The notes beneath the pieces are model-generated. The model was not told where the DNA came from and did no database searches. It saw only the letters and a program-made list of their open reading frames with translations. The translations under genes were made by a program, and so were the position numbers. Positions 10,869 to 21,102 of a stretch of 64,000 nucleotides of DNA are shown here, one piece after another. This DNA comes from Synechococcus sp. (lineage in GTDB: Bacteria; Cyanobacteriota; Cyanobacteriia; Thermostichales; PCC-7336). Location: assembly GCA_051439605.1 (NCBI GenBank), contig JBFRWN010000032.1:32001-96000 (forward strand), in the 5' to 3' direction. Positions within the stretch are counted from its first letter, which is position 1. The number at the start of each line of letters is the position of its first letter.

Positions 10869-12320
10869 ATGGACTGGGGAAGAGCCACTCTAGGATGCTT
10901 TGCAGGCTGGATGCTGCTGATGGCACCTATAGCCGCCAATGCTAGGCAGCTGGTTCAGCGATCGCAGCATACGGAGCCCAACTCCATCGAGGAGAGTGAG
11001 ACTACTACTCAACGAGCATTCCAGTTGCAGTTATCGACCACCGCAATTCAACTACTCGATACCAATGAATCCGAAGTGTGGCTGGATCTGTTTTTGGGGA
11101 GCGGTCAAGACCTTGCAGGTAGACAACCGACGCTGGTGTCAACAACCCAGCATTTCATGCCCTTATACCTGCATAGCGTTCAAAATCTCGATCAGAGACG
11201 CCTAAGCCTATCGGTTAATGGCATCGGTAGCATTCGGGATACCGAAAGCTTGCTAGAAGACTTCTCAGACGCCCACCAGTGCCAAGTGAAATTGCATTTC
11301 CCCGAGCAAATGTTGCTCCCCGGTCTGTTAGCCCAAAATAAGTTAGACATTCATCGTACCCGTCTGCCTGGATCGAACCTTTGTCAGCCGATGCGTGGGG
11401 TCGAAAAACTCCAATTATCAACTCGATTGAGAGTCTTTCCTGTCTCGATTGGAGAAGTTGCCTCATTAGATGTGGGGACGATGGACTACAAATTGCGGCG
11501 GGATGTGGATGGAGAGGTAATAACGTCACTGCAAGTTGCCCCCAAGCTCGCTTTCACCCCCGTGGACGATATACAGCTGGAGTTAAGTTACGACCTCAAG
11601 CTGGAGAGCCCACAACTGCTGCCAGAAGATTGGGGGGCCGCCACTCGGACTCATCGGGGAACTGCTCAACTAAATCTAGGGCTGCCGCAGTTTCTGGGAA
11701 ACAAAATTGAATGGCAATTTAAAGGGGAATATGACTGGTTAACCGCAGAGTTGAAACCGATTGATGTGGAGATGACTTGGCATCTTCTGCCTCTAGACAT
11801 TCGCTGGCTGGCATCCACCGAATACTCTCTTGCCGCAAAAAACAATCATCCGATCCTATTCGAGCTCCATCACGAATTGCCCTGGGGAATCGGTTGGGGA
11901 GTCAGTACCGATTACCACATCAGTAATGGGCAACTCGGTCCGCTGAAGCTCAGCCTCGACAACAATATTTCTTTACTACAGTGGCTGTTTTCTCCGCAAT
12001 CTTTGGGCAAGCAGATAGGGATTCGCTATGGCCTAGAGGCTCGGCAGCGAGAACGGGACGAGAGTATGGAGTACGCATTAGAAGCTGGGATTGTGGCAGG
12101 CGATCGAGAGCGTGGGCTGTGGGGTTTTGATGTAGATCTCGATGACAGTAGTATCCAGTCTTTCGATGCAAGCTATAGTCGCCATGATTGGCAGTTTCAG
12201 ATGCGAATCGTACCGAATCTCGATGCCCACCAAGTGGAGGGTCGCATTACTTTTATGCCCGAGAATCGTCTTCCAGGAAGGCTTCCCCTCTCACATCGGA
12301 TGGAGTTAGGAGCACTGTAA
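10869..12320 (+). CDS. Exported hypothetical protein, beta-strand-rich (possible outer-membrane beta-barrel)
   Basis: GAGGA RBS, signal peptide (..APIAANA), many alternating hydrophobic/aromatic strands in the C-terminal two-thirds. Confidence 0.6.
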   Translation: MDWGRATLGCFAGWMLLMAPIAANARQLVQRSQHTEPNSIEESETTTQRAFQLQLSTTAIQLLDTNESEVWLDLFLGSGQDLAGRQPTLVSTTQHFMPLYLHSVQNLDQRRLSLSVNGIGSIRDTESLLEDFSDAHQCQVKLHFPEQMLLPGLLAQNKLDIHRTRLPGSNLCQPMRGVEKLQLSTRLRVFPVSIGEVASLDVGTMDYKLRRDVDGEVITSLQVAPKLAFTPVDDIQLELSYDLKLESPQLLPEDWGAATRTHRGTAQLNLGLPQFLGNKIEWQFKGEYDWLTAELKPIDVEMTWHLLPLDIRWLASTEYSLAAKNNHPILFELHHELPWGIGWGVSTDYHISNGQLGPLKLSLDNNISLLQWLFSPQSLGKQIGIRYGLEARQRERDESMEYALEAGIVAGDRERGLWGFDVDLDDSSIQSFDASYSRHDWQFQMRIVPNLDAHQVEGRITFMPENRLPGRLPLSHRMELGAL

Positions 12321-12659
12321 GAGACCCTTGTCTTTTGACTCTTATTTGCTTTGAGTACGGTGAAATTCATCAATCCTGGCCTATGGTTTTCGCTCTGAAA
12401 AAACTCAATTGCCACGATCGAGAGATTTTTTCTACAATTTTCTAACAAACGCGATTAATATCGGTTAAATTCTAAGCTAATGAGGTGATTGAATATCTAT
12501 TAATTAGTGATGGTCATGTTAGTTGGCACAGCTAGATACAGACCTATTGTGGGTTTTCGGCTGATGCAAGTTTCAAATCAAATTGACGATCGCTATGGAG
12601 AAGCCATGCGAGTGGTGGATTGAGTGAGTCTAGCAGGCCTTAGGCCATCGAAAAAAACT

Positions 12660-15600
12660 TTGATTCCCCTCAAGCTATCCCTACAGCAATTTTTGAGCTA
12701 CGGTCATGCGAACTTAGACTTTCGCCAACTCCATACTGCCTGTATCTGTGGTGAAAATGGAGCAGGTAAGTCTGCCATTTTAGAGGGGCTAACTTGGGGA
12801 ATTTGGGGGCAATCTCGGGTTGGTAGCGAAGACAATCTGATTCGACAGGGGGCAACAGAAGCCTTTGTTGAAGTGGTCTATCAATCGTTTGGGCAAACCT
12901 ACCGCATTTTGCGGAGTCGAGCCCTTGGTGGCCAAGGCACGCTGGAATGGCAAATTCAAACGGAGCAGAGATGGCGTTCGCTGACCCAGAAAGGGATTCG
13001 GACAACCCAACAGGCGATTCAAAAGCAGTTGCGGTTGGATTACAACACGTTTATTAATTCGGCCTACTTGCGGCAGGGGAGGGCAGATGAATTTACCCTC
13101 AAGCGTCCTGGCGATCGTAAACGCCTACTCGCAGAGATGTTGCAACTGGAACAATACGATCGCCTTGCAGAGCAATGCCGGGAGCGAGTACGGGCGGCGA
13201 AAGTGGAGGTTGATTTTTTTCAGCAGCAATATCGGCAACAGCAGGAGCAGTTGGAGTGGCGGCAGGAGGTACATGCGGAACACGAGCGGCTTAACCAGCA
13301 ACAACAGCAACTCACTGAAGCACAAACCCGCGATCGCCAATTGTTGGAGGAAACCATCGCCCGCGAACAACAGTTACAACAGGCGCAACAACAGGTACAG
13401 CTTCTACAAGAAAAAATAGGGACGGTGCGCACGTCACTACAACACACCGAAATGCAATGGCGGCAACAGCAGGAACGACATCGGCAAATCCAGGAACTGG
13501 TCAGCCAGGCTGTGGCGATCGAACGGGGTAACGGTCAGTATCGCGAGGTGGTAGCCCAGGTTGAATTACTGCAGCAGCAGTTTCAATCTCGTCAATCTCT
13601 GTTGCAAACTCAGCAGGAACTGCAACAGAATTTGTCCAGACTGGAGCACCAGCATTTGCTGTCTTTGCAACGGTATCGGGCCCAGCTAGACCAATTACAC
13701 AAATCTGAGACCGCCGATGGAGAATTGGTTGCCGATGGCCAACGGATTACCGGCGCGTTGACCTACTATCGCCAAGCACAGGCAACATTAACCCGCCTAG
13801 ATCGCATCCAAACCCAAGCCACCCCGCTGTTGGAACAAATCGGTACCTCTCAACGGCAAATCGAGCAAGAACGCGAGCGATTGCTTGCAAGGAAGGAAAG
13901 CCTGCAGCAGCAGCTAGAACGGCTGCAATACGGCATCCAATACCAGCAGGTGGAACAGGCAGTTGTGGAAGTAGAAGGGGAGCTCAAGGAACTTTCCAAA
14001 CAGAGAGTGTACCAGCAGCGGGTGCTGGAAAAATGCCAGGAGCGAAGGTCGTTTGTAGAACAATTACAGGAGCGGCAGCGGGCGTTACAGCGGGAATGGC
14101 AAACCTTAGAAGATCGCTGCCACCAGCTGTTGATGCCGGGCCAGTCTTGTCCTCTATGCACGCAGGTATTGCAGGGGGATCTTCGGTCTACGGTGCTGGA
14201 AAAGCAGCGCACCCAGCAGGACGGTTTATCCGAGCAATTGTGGGTGATTCGCGAGCAGTTGGCGGTCACCGATCGCGAGATTGGGCTATTACAAACTGAG
14301 TACGAAGAGCTATCGGAAACGCTGGCCACTTTTGATGAACGCCTACAAGTTCAAGGTCGATTGCACCAGCAGTTAGAATCCAGTCAGCTTCAGGTGGAAC
14401 AGATTAACGCTTGGCAGGAAGAGCTGCGGACAATTGACCGCGATCTAGAAGAAGAAACCTACGCTTTAGCAGCGCGCGAGCGTCTAGCTGCAGCTGAACA
14501 GGATCTCGAGCAACTGAACTACAACGATAAAGATCACGCCCTCTGCCGCTCGGAGGTGGATCGTTGGCGCTGGGCCGCCTTCAAACACAGCGAGTTGCGC
14601 AAGGCAAAGCAGCGGTTGGAACGAAACCAACGCACCATTCAGGAATTGGAAACCCAAATTGCCCAGCTATCTTCCTCCACAAATCCCACGCAACAGGAAA
14701 TTCAGCAGCTCAACGGCAAGCTGGAAACCGTCAGCGAGCAACTCAAAGCTATTGCCTACGACGAATGCTTCCACAATCAATTGCGGCAGCAACTGAAAAC
14801 GTTAATGACTTGGAAAGCCCAAGCAGAAGCCCTGAAAGATTCGCGGCAGCAATTGCCGCAATGTACCATCCGCTGCCAACAGCTCAAAGCCCTCTTGCAG
14901 AAGCATCGCCAGTCATTCACCCAATGTCAGCGGCAGTTGGACGTGGCCCAAAATACCCTTAAAATCCTGGGGGATAGCGCTCCAGATTCCGGTCAAGCTA
15001 CCGCCGAGCAATTGAGGCAAACCATTAATAAAAGAAGGCGTTTGCTGGATCGCATCCTGCCGCAATTGGGAGCTACCCAACAGCAGCTAATACAGTTTGA
15101 TGCCTTAGAGAAAAAGCAGTCAGAGACTCAGCAAAATTTGCAGCAGGCTCGCCGACAACTGCAGGTGTATAGAGAGCTGGCGGTGGCCTACGGGTGCAAC
15201 GGCATTCCCGCTCTTGTGATTGAAAATGTGCTGCCAGAGCTGGAGGCAGAAGCAAATCAGATACTGAGTCGGCTGACCAACAATCAACTACATCTGCAGT
15301 TTGTCACGCAGCGTTCGGGACGCAGCAGCAACAAAACCATCGACACCCTAGACATTCTAATTGCCGATCCCTGCGGCACACGCCCCTACGAGACCTATTC
15401 TGGCGGGGAAGCGTTTCGGATTAACTTTGCCATCCGACTTGCTTTATCTCGGCTATTGGCCCAGCGGTCCGGAGCTAGTTTGCAAACATTGCTGATTGAC
15501 GAAGGATTTGGCACTCAGGATACAGCTGGTCGAGAGTCTCTTGTCGCTGCCATTAACGCCGTAGCAAGCGATTTCGCCTGTATCTTGACCATTACCCATA

Positions 15601-15683
15601 TCCCCAGTCTGCGCGATCGCTTCCCCACCCGCATCCAAGTAACACGTACAGCAGAGGGGTCAGAATTGGAAATTCTCAATTAG
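12660..15683 (+). CDS. sbcC: SbcC/Rad50 SMC-family ATPase
   Basis: GENGAGKS Walker A, AYLRQG Q-loop, long coiled coil with CPLC zinc hook, YSGGE signature, LLIDEGFGTQD Walker B; TTG start inferred. Confidence 0.95.
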   Translation: MIPLKLSLQQFLSYGHANLDFRQLHTACICGENGAGKSAILEGLTWGIWGQSRVGSEDNLIRQGATEAFVEVVYQSFGQTYRILRSRALGGQGTLEWQIQTEQRWRSLTQKGIRTTQQAIQKQLRLDYNTFINSAYLRQGRADEFTLKRPGDRKRLLAEMLQLEQYDRLAEQCRERVRAAKVEVDFFQQQYRQQQEQLEWRQEVHAEHERLNQQQQQLTEAQTRDRQLLEETIAREQQLQQAQQQVQLLQEKIGTVRTSLQHTEMQWRQQQERHRQIQELVSQAVAIERGNGQYREVVAQVELLQQQFQSRQSLLQTQQELQQNLSRLEHQHLLSLQRYRAQLDQLHKSETADGELVADGQRITGALTYYRQAQATLTRLDRIQTQATPLLEQIGTSQRQIEQERERLLARKESLQQQLERLQYGIQYQQVEQAVVEVEGELKELSKQRVYQQRVLEKCQERRSFVEQLQERQRALQREWQTLEDRCHQLLMPGQSCPLCTQVLQGDLRSTVLEKQRTQQDGLSEQLWVIREQLAVTDREIGLLQTEYEELSETLATFDERLQVQGRLHQQLESSQLQVEQINAWQEELRTIDRDLEEETYALAARERLAAAEQDLEQLNYNDKDHALCRSEVDRWRWAAFKHSELRKAKQRLERNQRTIQELETQIAQLSSSTNPTQQEIQQLNGKLETVSEQLKAIAYDECFHNQLRQQLKTLMTWKAQAEALKDSRQQLPQCTIRCQQLKALLQKHRQSFTQCQRQLDVAQNTLKILGDSAPDSGQATAEQLRQTINKRRRLLDRILPQLGATQQQLIQFDALEKKQSETQQNLQQARRQLQVYRELAVAYGCNGIPALVIENVLPELEAEANQILSRLTNNQLHLQFVTQRSGRSSNKTIDTLDILIADPCGTRPYETYSGGEAFRINFAIRLALSRLLAQRSGASLQTLLIDEGFGTQDTAGRESLVAAINAVASDFACILTITHIPSLRDRFPTRIQVTRTAEGSELEILN

Positions 15684-15789
15684 GAAACGTAAAGACCGGC
15701 AATCTTATTCGAATTCAACTTTAATTGTCTTGACGATACAATAACTAGACTTCTAATGAATTCCATCAATCATAATCATTCGGGGAAGA

Positions 15790-16087
15790 AGCATTGAATC
15801 AAAGGCAGATATTCATCATCCCATCCGGCTCGTTGGCACTTAATTTTTGACTCCAACCTTTAGCATTTTCTCTTGGTTTAAGGCGCTCAAGGCTAGATGT
15901 CTGAGTAGGTGAATTGTTTGGTGCATGCCCAGTGCGAATACGATACTCGTCTTCACCGAAAGCCACATTTTCCCCAAGGTCAGGGATTCTCAATGCTCCA
16001 GTGAGTGCGCATCGACTCGGCTAAGAGCTGGGCATGGGAGGGAAACGAACTGATTTAGTAGCGCACTTCACGGCTGGTTTGTCCATC
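15790..16087 (-). mobile_element. Degenerate ISAs1-family transposase 3' fragment
   Basis: Across frames: GQTSREVRY*ISSFPSHAQLLAESMRTHWSIENP* / VAFGEDEYRIRTGHAPNN / KVGVKN / QRAGWDDEYL; stops and frameshifts. Confidence 0.8.
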
Positions 16088-16254
16088 ATCTCTTCGCCAG
16101 AATGACTCCGCCTTGACAATGCTGGGGAGCTGAGCCCATTGGTCCCCATCGAGTAATCCCTCCACTTGACCCAAACCCCAATGCCAATGGCAGTATATTT
16201 TCGCGAAGCCAGGAACTTGCGACTCTAACTGAGAGGATCGCAGCTATGAGATCG

Positions 16255-16295
16255 CAAAAAAGCTCGCGTAGCACCTTCTAAATGGCACGCGAGCT
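16255..16295 (-). terminator. Intrinsic terminator of the small heat-shock gene
   Basis: AGCTCGCGT...ACGCGAGCT stem followed by TTTTT on the minus strand. Confidence 0.6.
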
Positions 16296-16321
16296 GACTT
16301 GCTGGAAACACCTCTAGGAGA

Positions 16322-16765
16322 TTAATGAACGCTAACTTTTACCGATTTGCGGGCCTCCGACTCGATTTTTGGCAGCGTTAGACTCAGTATTCCATCTTGA
16401 TAATCTGCTGCAACGGATTGGTTGTCTATGTTGCCCAACAAAGGAATCACTCTACGGAAATGGCCGTAGTGGAATTCGGTACGGGTGATCCCGCCTTCTT
16501 CTGCTCTACGTTCCGACTTGCGTTCACCACTAATCGAAACGGTGTCTTTAGTGACTTCGATATCGATGTCTTTCGGGTCTATTCCTGGAACCTCTAACTT
16601 CAGGATATAACTAGTGTCGGTCTCTTCGAGCTCAGCCGATGGCATAAATGCCTTCTCGGCTTTTTCTAGAGGGCCAAATGATGTGAACATGTCGTCAAAC
16701 CAACGGTTCATATCCCGTTGTAGACCGTACATTTCCCGGAACGGCTCCCAACGTGCAAGTGCCAT
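16322..16765 (-). CDS. hspA: Small heat shock protein Hsp20/alpha-crystallin
   Basis: MALARWEPFRE, LEVPG, ISGER, EFHYGHFRRVIPL, ADYQDGILSLTLPK; GGAGG RBS. Confidence 0.93.
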   Translation of the reverse strand: MALARWEPFREMYGLQRDMNRWFDDMFTSFGPLEKAEKAFMPSAELEETDTSYILKLEVPGIDPKDIDIEVTKDTVSISGERKSERRAEEGGITRTEFHYGHFRRVIPLLGNIDNQSVAADYQDGILSLTLPKIESEARKSVKVSVH

Positions 16766-16983
16766 TCTGTACCTCCGCGAAATAATCTCTTGAACTCTGT
16801 ATATATAATATTAATTTCCTCACTTTTTTAGGTCGAAATTTGCGAACCGTAATTTACGGATCGCCGTATTGTTTTAAAGTGTGTCGATTTGGATTTATGC
16901 GAAATATTTCTTTATTTTAAATTGACAGCCTGATTCAAAATCTATCAATATCTGCTGTCAAAGAATGAATTTGGAGCATGTTT

Positions 16984-17664
16984 TCAAACGATTAATGAGG
17001 TCTCTGTCAAAGCATCCAATAACATTGCGACTGTACTCGTCCAACCAATAATCCCCCCCTGAGCCCGGACCATCTCCACTGTGGCCCGCTTAAACTCTGG
17101 GAAATAGCTTTCTGTTGCATCCTCAAGCAATAGGCACTCGTAGCCGCGATCGTTGGCCTCCCGCATGGTGGTCTGGACGCACACCTCAGTTGTTACCCCG
17201 GTAAAAATCAAGTGGGTAATACCTTGGTCTTGCAAAATGCTTTCTAAATTAGTGTTGTAGAACGCCCCTTTCCCGGGCTTGTAAATCACCGTTTCCCCCG
17301 CCAGTGGAGCCAGTTCGGGAATAATCCCGTTCCCCGGTTCCCCTTTGACGAGAATGCGACCCATGGGACCTTCATCGCCAATTTGGAGGGCACAGTTGCC
17401 TCTGGAACGTTTAGCGGGTGGGCAGTCAGAGAGGTCGGGTTGGTGGCACTCTAAAGTGTGAATGATGGGCAACTGGCGATCGCGAAAGACCCCGAAAAGT
17501 TTCTGAACCGTCGGGATGATGGCCCGCAGCAAGCTGACATCGTTACCCAATGCAGCCCCAAAGCCCCCTTCCTCCATAAAATCTCGCTGGAAGTCGATCG
17601 CCATCAGCGCGGTACGTTCTAATGGAAACCCGTAATCGTAGGGTCGGGCAGATACTACTGGCAT
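16984..17664 (-). CDS. trtA: Cysteine hydrolase (isochorismatase family) with triuret hydrolase signature
   Basis: D-K-C triad (IDFQ, KPGKG, TTEVC); [21 protein letters not shown] give the F/L/N/E/Y/I set that distinguishes TrtA from BiuH; start trimmed to ATG 17664. Confidence 0.8.
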   Translation of the reverse strand: MPVVSARPYDYGFPLERTALMAIDFQRDFMEEGGFGAALGNDVSLLRAIIPTVQKLFGVFRDRQLPIIHTLECHQPDLSDCPPAKRSRGNCALQIGDEGPMGRILVKGEPGNGIIPELAPLAGETVIYKPGKGAFYNTNLESILQDQGITHLIFTGVTTEVCVQTTMREANDRGYECLLLEDATESYFPEFKRATVEMVRAQGGIIGWTSTVAMLLDALTETSLIV

Positions 17665-18035
17665 AGCTGAACGGGTTTCTCCCAAATGGTGAGAACGATG
17701 CATCCTTCATGGCTGACAATGCTGTGCTGGCTGAGAGGGGGATTAATGACGAGCGAACCCGACCGATAAGTGCCATTGGCGTCAGTTTGAGAACCGCTGA
17801 GCACGAACACGTGCTCGTATCCACTGTGGACATGGGGAGGGACCGTTGCCCCTGGCTGGTAGCGCAATAGTGCCGCTGACGCTTGGGACTCATCCTCCAG
17901 CCCCGCTCGATAGAGATAGTGAATGTCTACCCCCTCTCGAAACGGTTGCCAAGAGATATCTGCTTGCCAATCTGCCACCTCTGTTAGGTTCTGCAGCAAG
18001 AGGGATGCAGTCAACGGTAGCGCTGGAGCCTCCAT
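17655..18035 (-). CDS. ChrR-like cupin domain protein
   Basis: [40 protein letters not shown]; overlaps both neighbours (translational coupling). Confidence 0.85.
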   Translation of the reverse strand: MEAPALPLTASLLLQNLTEVADWQADISWQPFREGVDIHYLYRAGLEDESQASAALLRYQPGATVPPHVHSGYEHVFVLSGSQTDANGTYRSGSLVINPPLSQHSIVSHEGCIVLTIWEKPVQLCQ

Positions 18036-19600
18036 CAGTGACCCGCCATGCTGCGACCGATCGCCGCAAAATCCGCCTCATCCACCGAACTTTCGTAGGC
18101 CAGCTTGCCTTCGCTCATCACCAAAATGCGATCGGCTAGCGCCAACAACTCGTCAAGATCTTCGCTGACTAACAGCACTGCAACGCCGCGATTGCGAGCT
18201 TCTACGATCTGTCCGTGAACATAGTCCACCGCATTAAAGTCCAAGCCAAAACAGGGATTAGCGGCAATCAGCAGGTTGATACTGTCCCCAGACAGCTCGC
18301 GGGCCAGAACCGCCCGCTGCACGTTCCCACCCGATAGGTTGACGATCGGGGTGTCGGGGGAGGGGGTTGTGATGGAAAAGGTCTGGATCAGGGTGGATGC
18401 CATTTGGCGAATGGCTTTCAACACCAGCAGAATGCGGGCATGGGCTTGGGGGGGGCGATCGAATGTGCGCAGCGCCATGTTCTCTGCCACGCTCATGTGA
18501 GGCACGCAGGCATTGCGCAGCGGTTCCTCTGGCAGAGAAAACACCTTGTGCTCGTACATTTCTGCCCGTGTCGCACCGTAGGTTTGTCCGTTGATGTGAA
18601 TGGCTCCCCCCGTAGGCTCTCGCTGCCCTGCTAGCACCTCCACAAATTCCTTTTGGCCGTTCCCCGAGACTCCGGCAATGCCGACAATCTCGCCAGAATG
18701 AACCGTCAAGCTCACCCGATTCACCGCAGGAAGGCCGTTATCTTTGTTGGCGCAAATCTCGCTTGCCACCAATACGGGTTTTCGATCGGCAATGGCCTGC
18801 TTGGCCACTGGCTTCGGTTCCCGAGCCTCCCCCAACATCATGGCCGCAATATCAGAAATGCTTAAGTCTGCAACGTGTCCTTGTCCCGCTAGCTGACCTT
18901 TGCGTAGAACCGTTACCTCGTCCACAAACGCCTGCACCTCTCGAAACTTGTGGGTAATCAGCAGCACGCTCAAATGTCCGCCGGATACCTCCTCCCGCAA
19001 TAGCCCCAGTACTTCATCTGCCTCCCCCGGTGTCAAGACGGATGTGGGCTCGTCCAAAATCAAGATTTTGCTTTCCAGATAAAGCTGCTTAAGAATTTCC
19101 AGCTTTTGCTTTTGTCCCGCCGCCAATTGCGCGACGGGGACATCGAGCGGTACCTGAAAGGGCGATCTCGCCATAAATTCTGCCAGTGCTACCTTCTCCG
19201 CCTTCCAATGAATCAGTTGCGGACTGTCGTAACGGGAAAGCACTAGATTTTCCGCAACGGTCATGGCGGGCACTGACGTGAAGTGCTGGTACACCATGCC
19301 AATGCCGTATTGGTGGGCATCTTTGGGACTGTCAATCGATCGCGAGTGCTTCCCCACCAGCACGTCTCCCGAAGTGGGCTTGTAAAACCCCATGATGCAC
19401 TTCACCAACGTGCTTTTTCCGGCCCCGTTTTCCCCCAACAGACCGTGGAAGGTGCCCGGCTTCAGGGTCATGGAAACGTTGTCGAGGGCAGTGAAGGTGC
19501 CGAACTTTTTGGTCATGTTGACCGTTTCTAGTTCGGGGGGAGAGCTGGGGAGAATGGCCGGATCTCGAGCGATCGCAGAAGAAGTTCGGAAGTGACTCAT
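18035..19600 (-). CDS. ABC transporter ATP-binding protein, double-domain sugar/nucleoside (CUT2) type
   Basis: [15 protein letters not shown], second domain [23 protein letters not shown]. Confidence 0.93.
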   Translation of the reverse strand: MSHFRTSSAIARDPAILPSSPPELETVNMTKKFGTFTALDNVSMTLKPGTFHGLLGENGAGKSTLVKCIMGFYKPTSGDVLVGKHSRSIDSPKDAHQYGIGMVYQHFTSVPAMTVAENLVLSRYDSPQLIHWKAEKVALAEFMARSPFQVPLDVPVAQLAAGQKQKLEILKQLYLESKILILDEPTSVLTPGEADEVLGLLREEVSGGHLSVLLITHKFREVQAFVDEVTVLRKGQLAGQGHVADLSISDIAAMMLGEAREPKPVAKQAIADRKPVLVASEICANKDNGLPAVNRVSLTVHSGEIVGIAGVSGNGQKEFVEVLAGQREPTGGAIHINGQTYGATRAEMYEHKVFSLPEEPLRNACVPHMSVAENMALRTFDRPPQAHARILLVLKAIRQMASTLIQTFSITTPSPDTPIVNLSGGNVQRAVLARELSGDSINLLIAANPCFGLDFNAVDYVHGQIVEARNRGVAVLLVSEDLDELLALADRILVMSEGKLAYESSVDEADFAAIGRSMAGH

Positions 19601-20277
19601 GCGATCGCCTCTAATAAGTCTTGGGAGGGGGCGACGGCTCCGAACACCCCCCCTTGCATTTCAATCATTTTTAAGGCGGCTTGATAATTGCCATAGTCTG
19701 TGGCGCCGGTGCAATCTGAGAGCAGTAGACATTCGTAACCGCGATCGTTAGCATCTCGCATGGTGGTATGAACGCAAACGTCTGTGGTGATGCCCGTCAA
19801 AATGATGTTCTGAATGCCCCAGCGGGAGAGGATTAAATCGAGGTCTGTGGCGTAAAAGGATCCTTTTCCAGGTTTGTCGATGATGGGTTCTCCTGGTAGC
19901 GGCGCCAGTTCGGGGATAATTTCCCAGCCCGGTTCCCCCCGCACGAGAATTTTGCCGCAGGGGCCAGGATCGCCAATACCCGCTCCAATTTGCTGCGATC
20001 GCCAGCGTTTGTTAGCGGGTAAATCAGCTAGATCTGGGCGATGCCCTTCGCGGGTATGGATGATGCGGTAGCCCTTATCGCGCATTACCGAGAGCAGTTT
20101 GCGGATGGGCTTGATAGGGGCGCGGGTGAGGGACAGGTCGTACCCCATCTTGTCCACATACCCCCCTTTGCCGCAGAAATCCGTTTGCATGTCGATGACA
20201 ATCAGGACGGTGTTGTCGGGGCGCAAATCGCCGTTAAAGGGGTAAGGATAAGGAGTGGATTTAACGTAAAGGCCCAT
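19597..20277 (-). CDS. biuH: Biuret hydrolase (cysteine hydrolase)
   Basis: [61 protein letters not shown] give the Y/M/Y/D/T/V BiuH signature. Confidence 0.88.
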   Translation of the reverse strand: MGLYVKSTPYPYPFNGDLRPDNTVLIVIDMQTDFCGKGGYVDKMGYDLSLTRAPIKPIRKLLSVMRDKGYRIIHTREGHRPDLADLPANKRWRSQQIGAGIGDPGPCGKILVRGEPGWEIIPELAPLPGEPIIDKPGKGSFYATDLDLILSRWGIQNIILTGITTDVCVHTTMRDANDRGYECLLLSDCTGATDYGNYQAALKMIEMQGGVFGAVAPSQDLLEAIA

Positions 20278-20537
20278 GTCGGTATAAATCCAGTCTGATA
20301 CTGGTGTTCAGTAAAGCTTTGGAGTCGGGTGCTGTTGAGATAATCAGTGCTGAATGGTTAAGAACACATACCTGACTCTATGGGAAGGGATTTTGGCAAG
20401 CTGTTTGCAGCGAACTTACATGAACGCGGAGCTTGCTCGCGATCGCACTCATTTCAACCAGTTAACGGACTCACTGTTCCATCTCCTGTGAGCATTTTCT
20501 AAACTATGGTGATCGCAGCAGCTAGAGCAAAAAGAGG

Positions 20538-20942
20538 TTGTCTATGATGCGGTTCCCCATCAGCACGATTGCGATCGCGGGCCTATCCCTCCTTACTCTG
20601 ACTCAATGCACCCAGTCAATTCCCGTTACTTATCACTTCACGGTTGAGGTGACTAAGGGAGGCTTAGCTGGCAACACCTTCACGGGCGAATTTACCTACG
20701 ACGAATCTGCACTATCGGGTGAGGGAAGAGAGATCCTGCGGGTGGAGGATGGGCTCAGCGTCAGCATGACCATGCTGGGTGAGACCATTACCGAAACTGA
20801 GGATGTGGACTACCCGGATTTCCCTCAGCTTCAATTTGAAGATGGCGAAGTGAAGCGATTAGAATTCTGGGCTGAGTCCGAGGAACGGGGGAGCTGGTGG
20901 GGCTTACCAGGGTGGGAGGTCACCCTGGAACTGCAGGAGTAA
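20538..20942 (+). CDS. Exported or lipoprotein hypothetical protein
   Basis: N-terminal hydrophobic stretch ending LTQC; acidic beta-rich body (GxFTYD, DYPDFP). Confidence 0.65.
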   Translation: MSMMRFPISTIAIAGLSLLTLTQCTQSIPVTYHFTVEVTKGGLAGNTFTGEFTYDESALSGEGREILRVEDGLSVSMTMLGETITETEDVDYPDFPQLQFEDGEVKRLEFWAESEERGSWWGLPGWEVTLELQE

Positions 20943-21102
20943 ATGTGGGTTAGATACCAGCGATCTCCAACGCCCACCGATCGTTCATGCAATTCATAGC
21001 GTTCTGTGAAAGGCAGGCAACCATGCTTAAATTGCGCTCAAGTCGGCTGATAGACTAGGTAGGCAGTTTTTGCCCACTGGCACTCCGAAGGCGATCGCGT
21101 CT

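Noticed and set aside
13200..15200. CAG/CAA-rich quasi-repeats and Cys-rich antisense ORFs
   Set aside because: By-products of the Gln-rich SbcC coiled coil
20278..20537. NtcA site upstream of biuH
   Set aside because: Only partial matches (GTA-N8-GCA, GTT-N9-TAC); no supportable consensus
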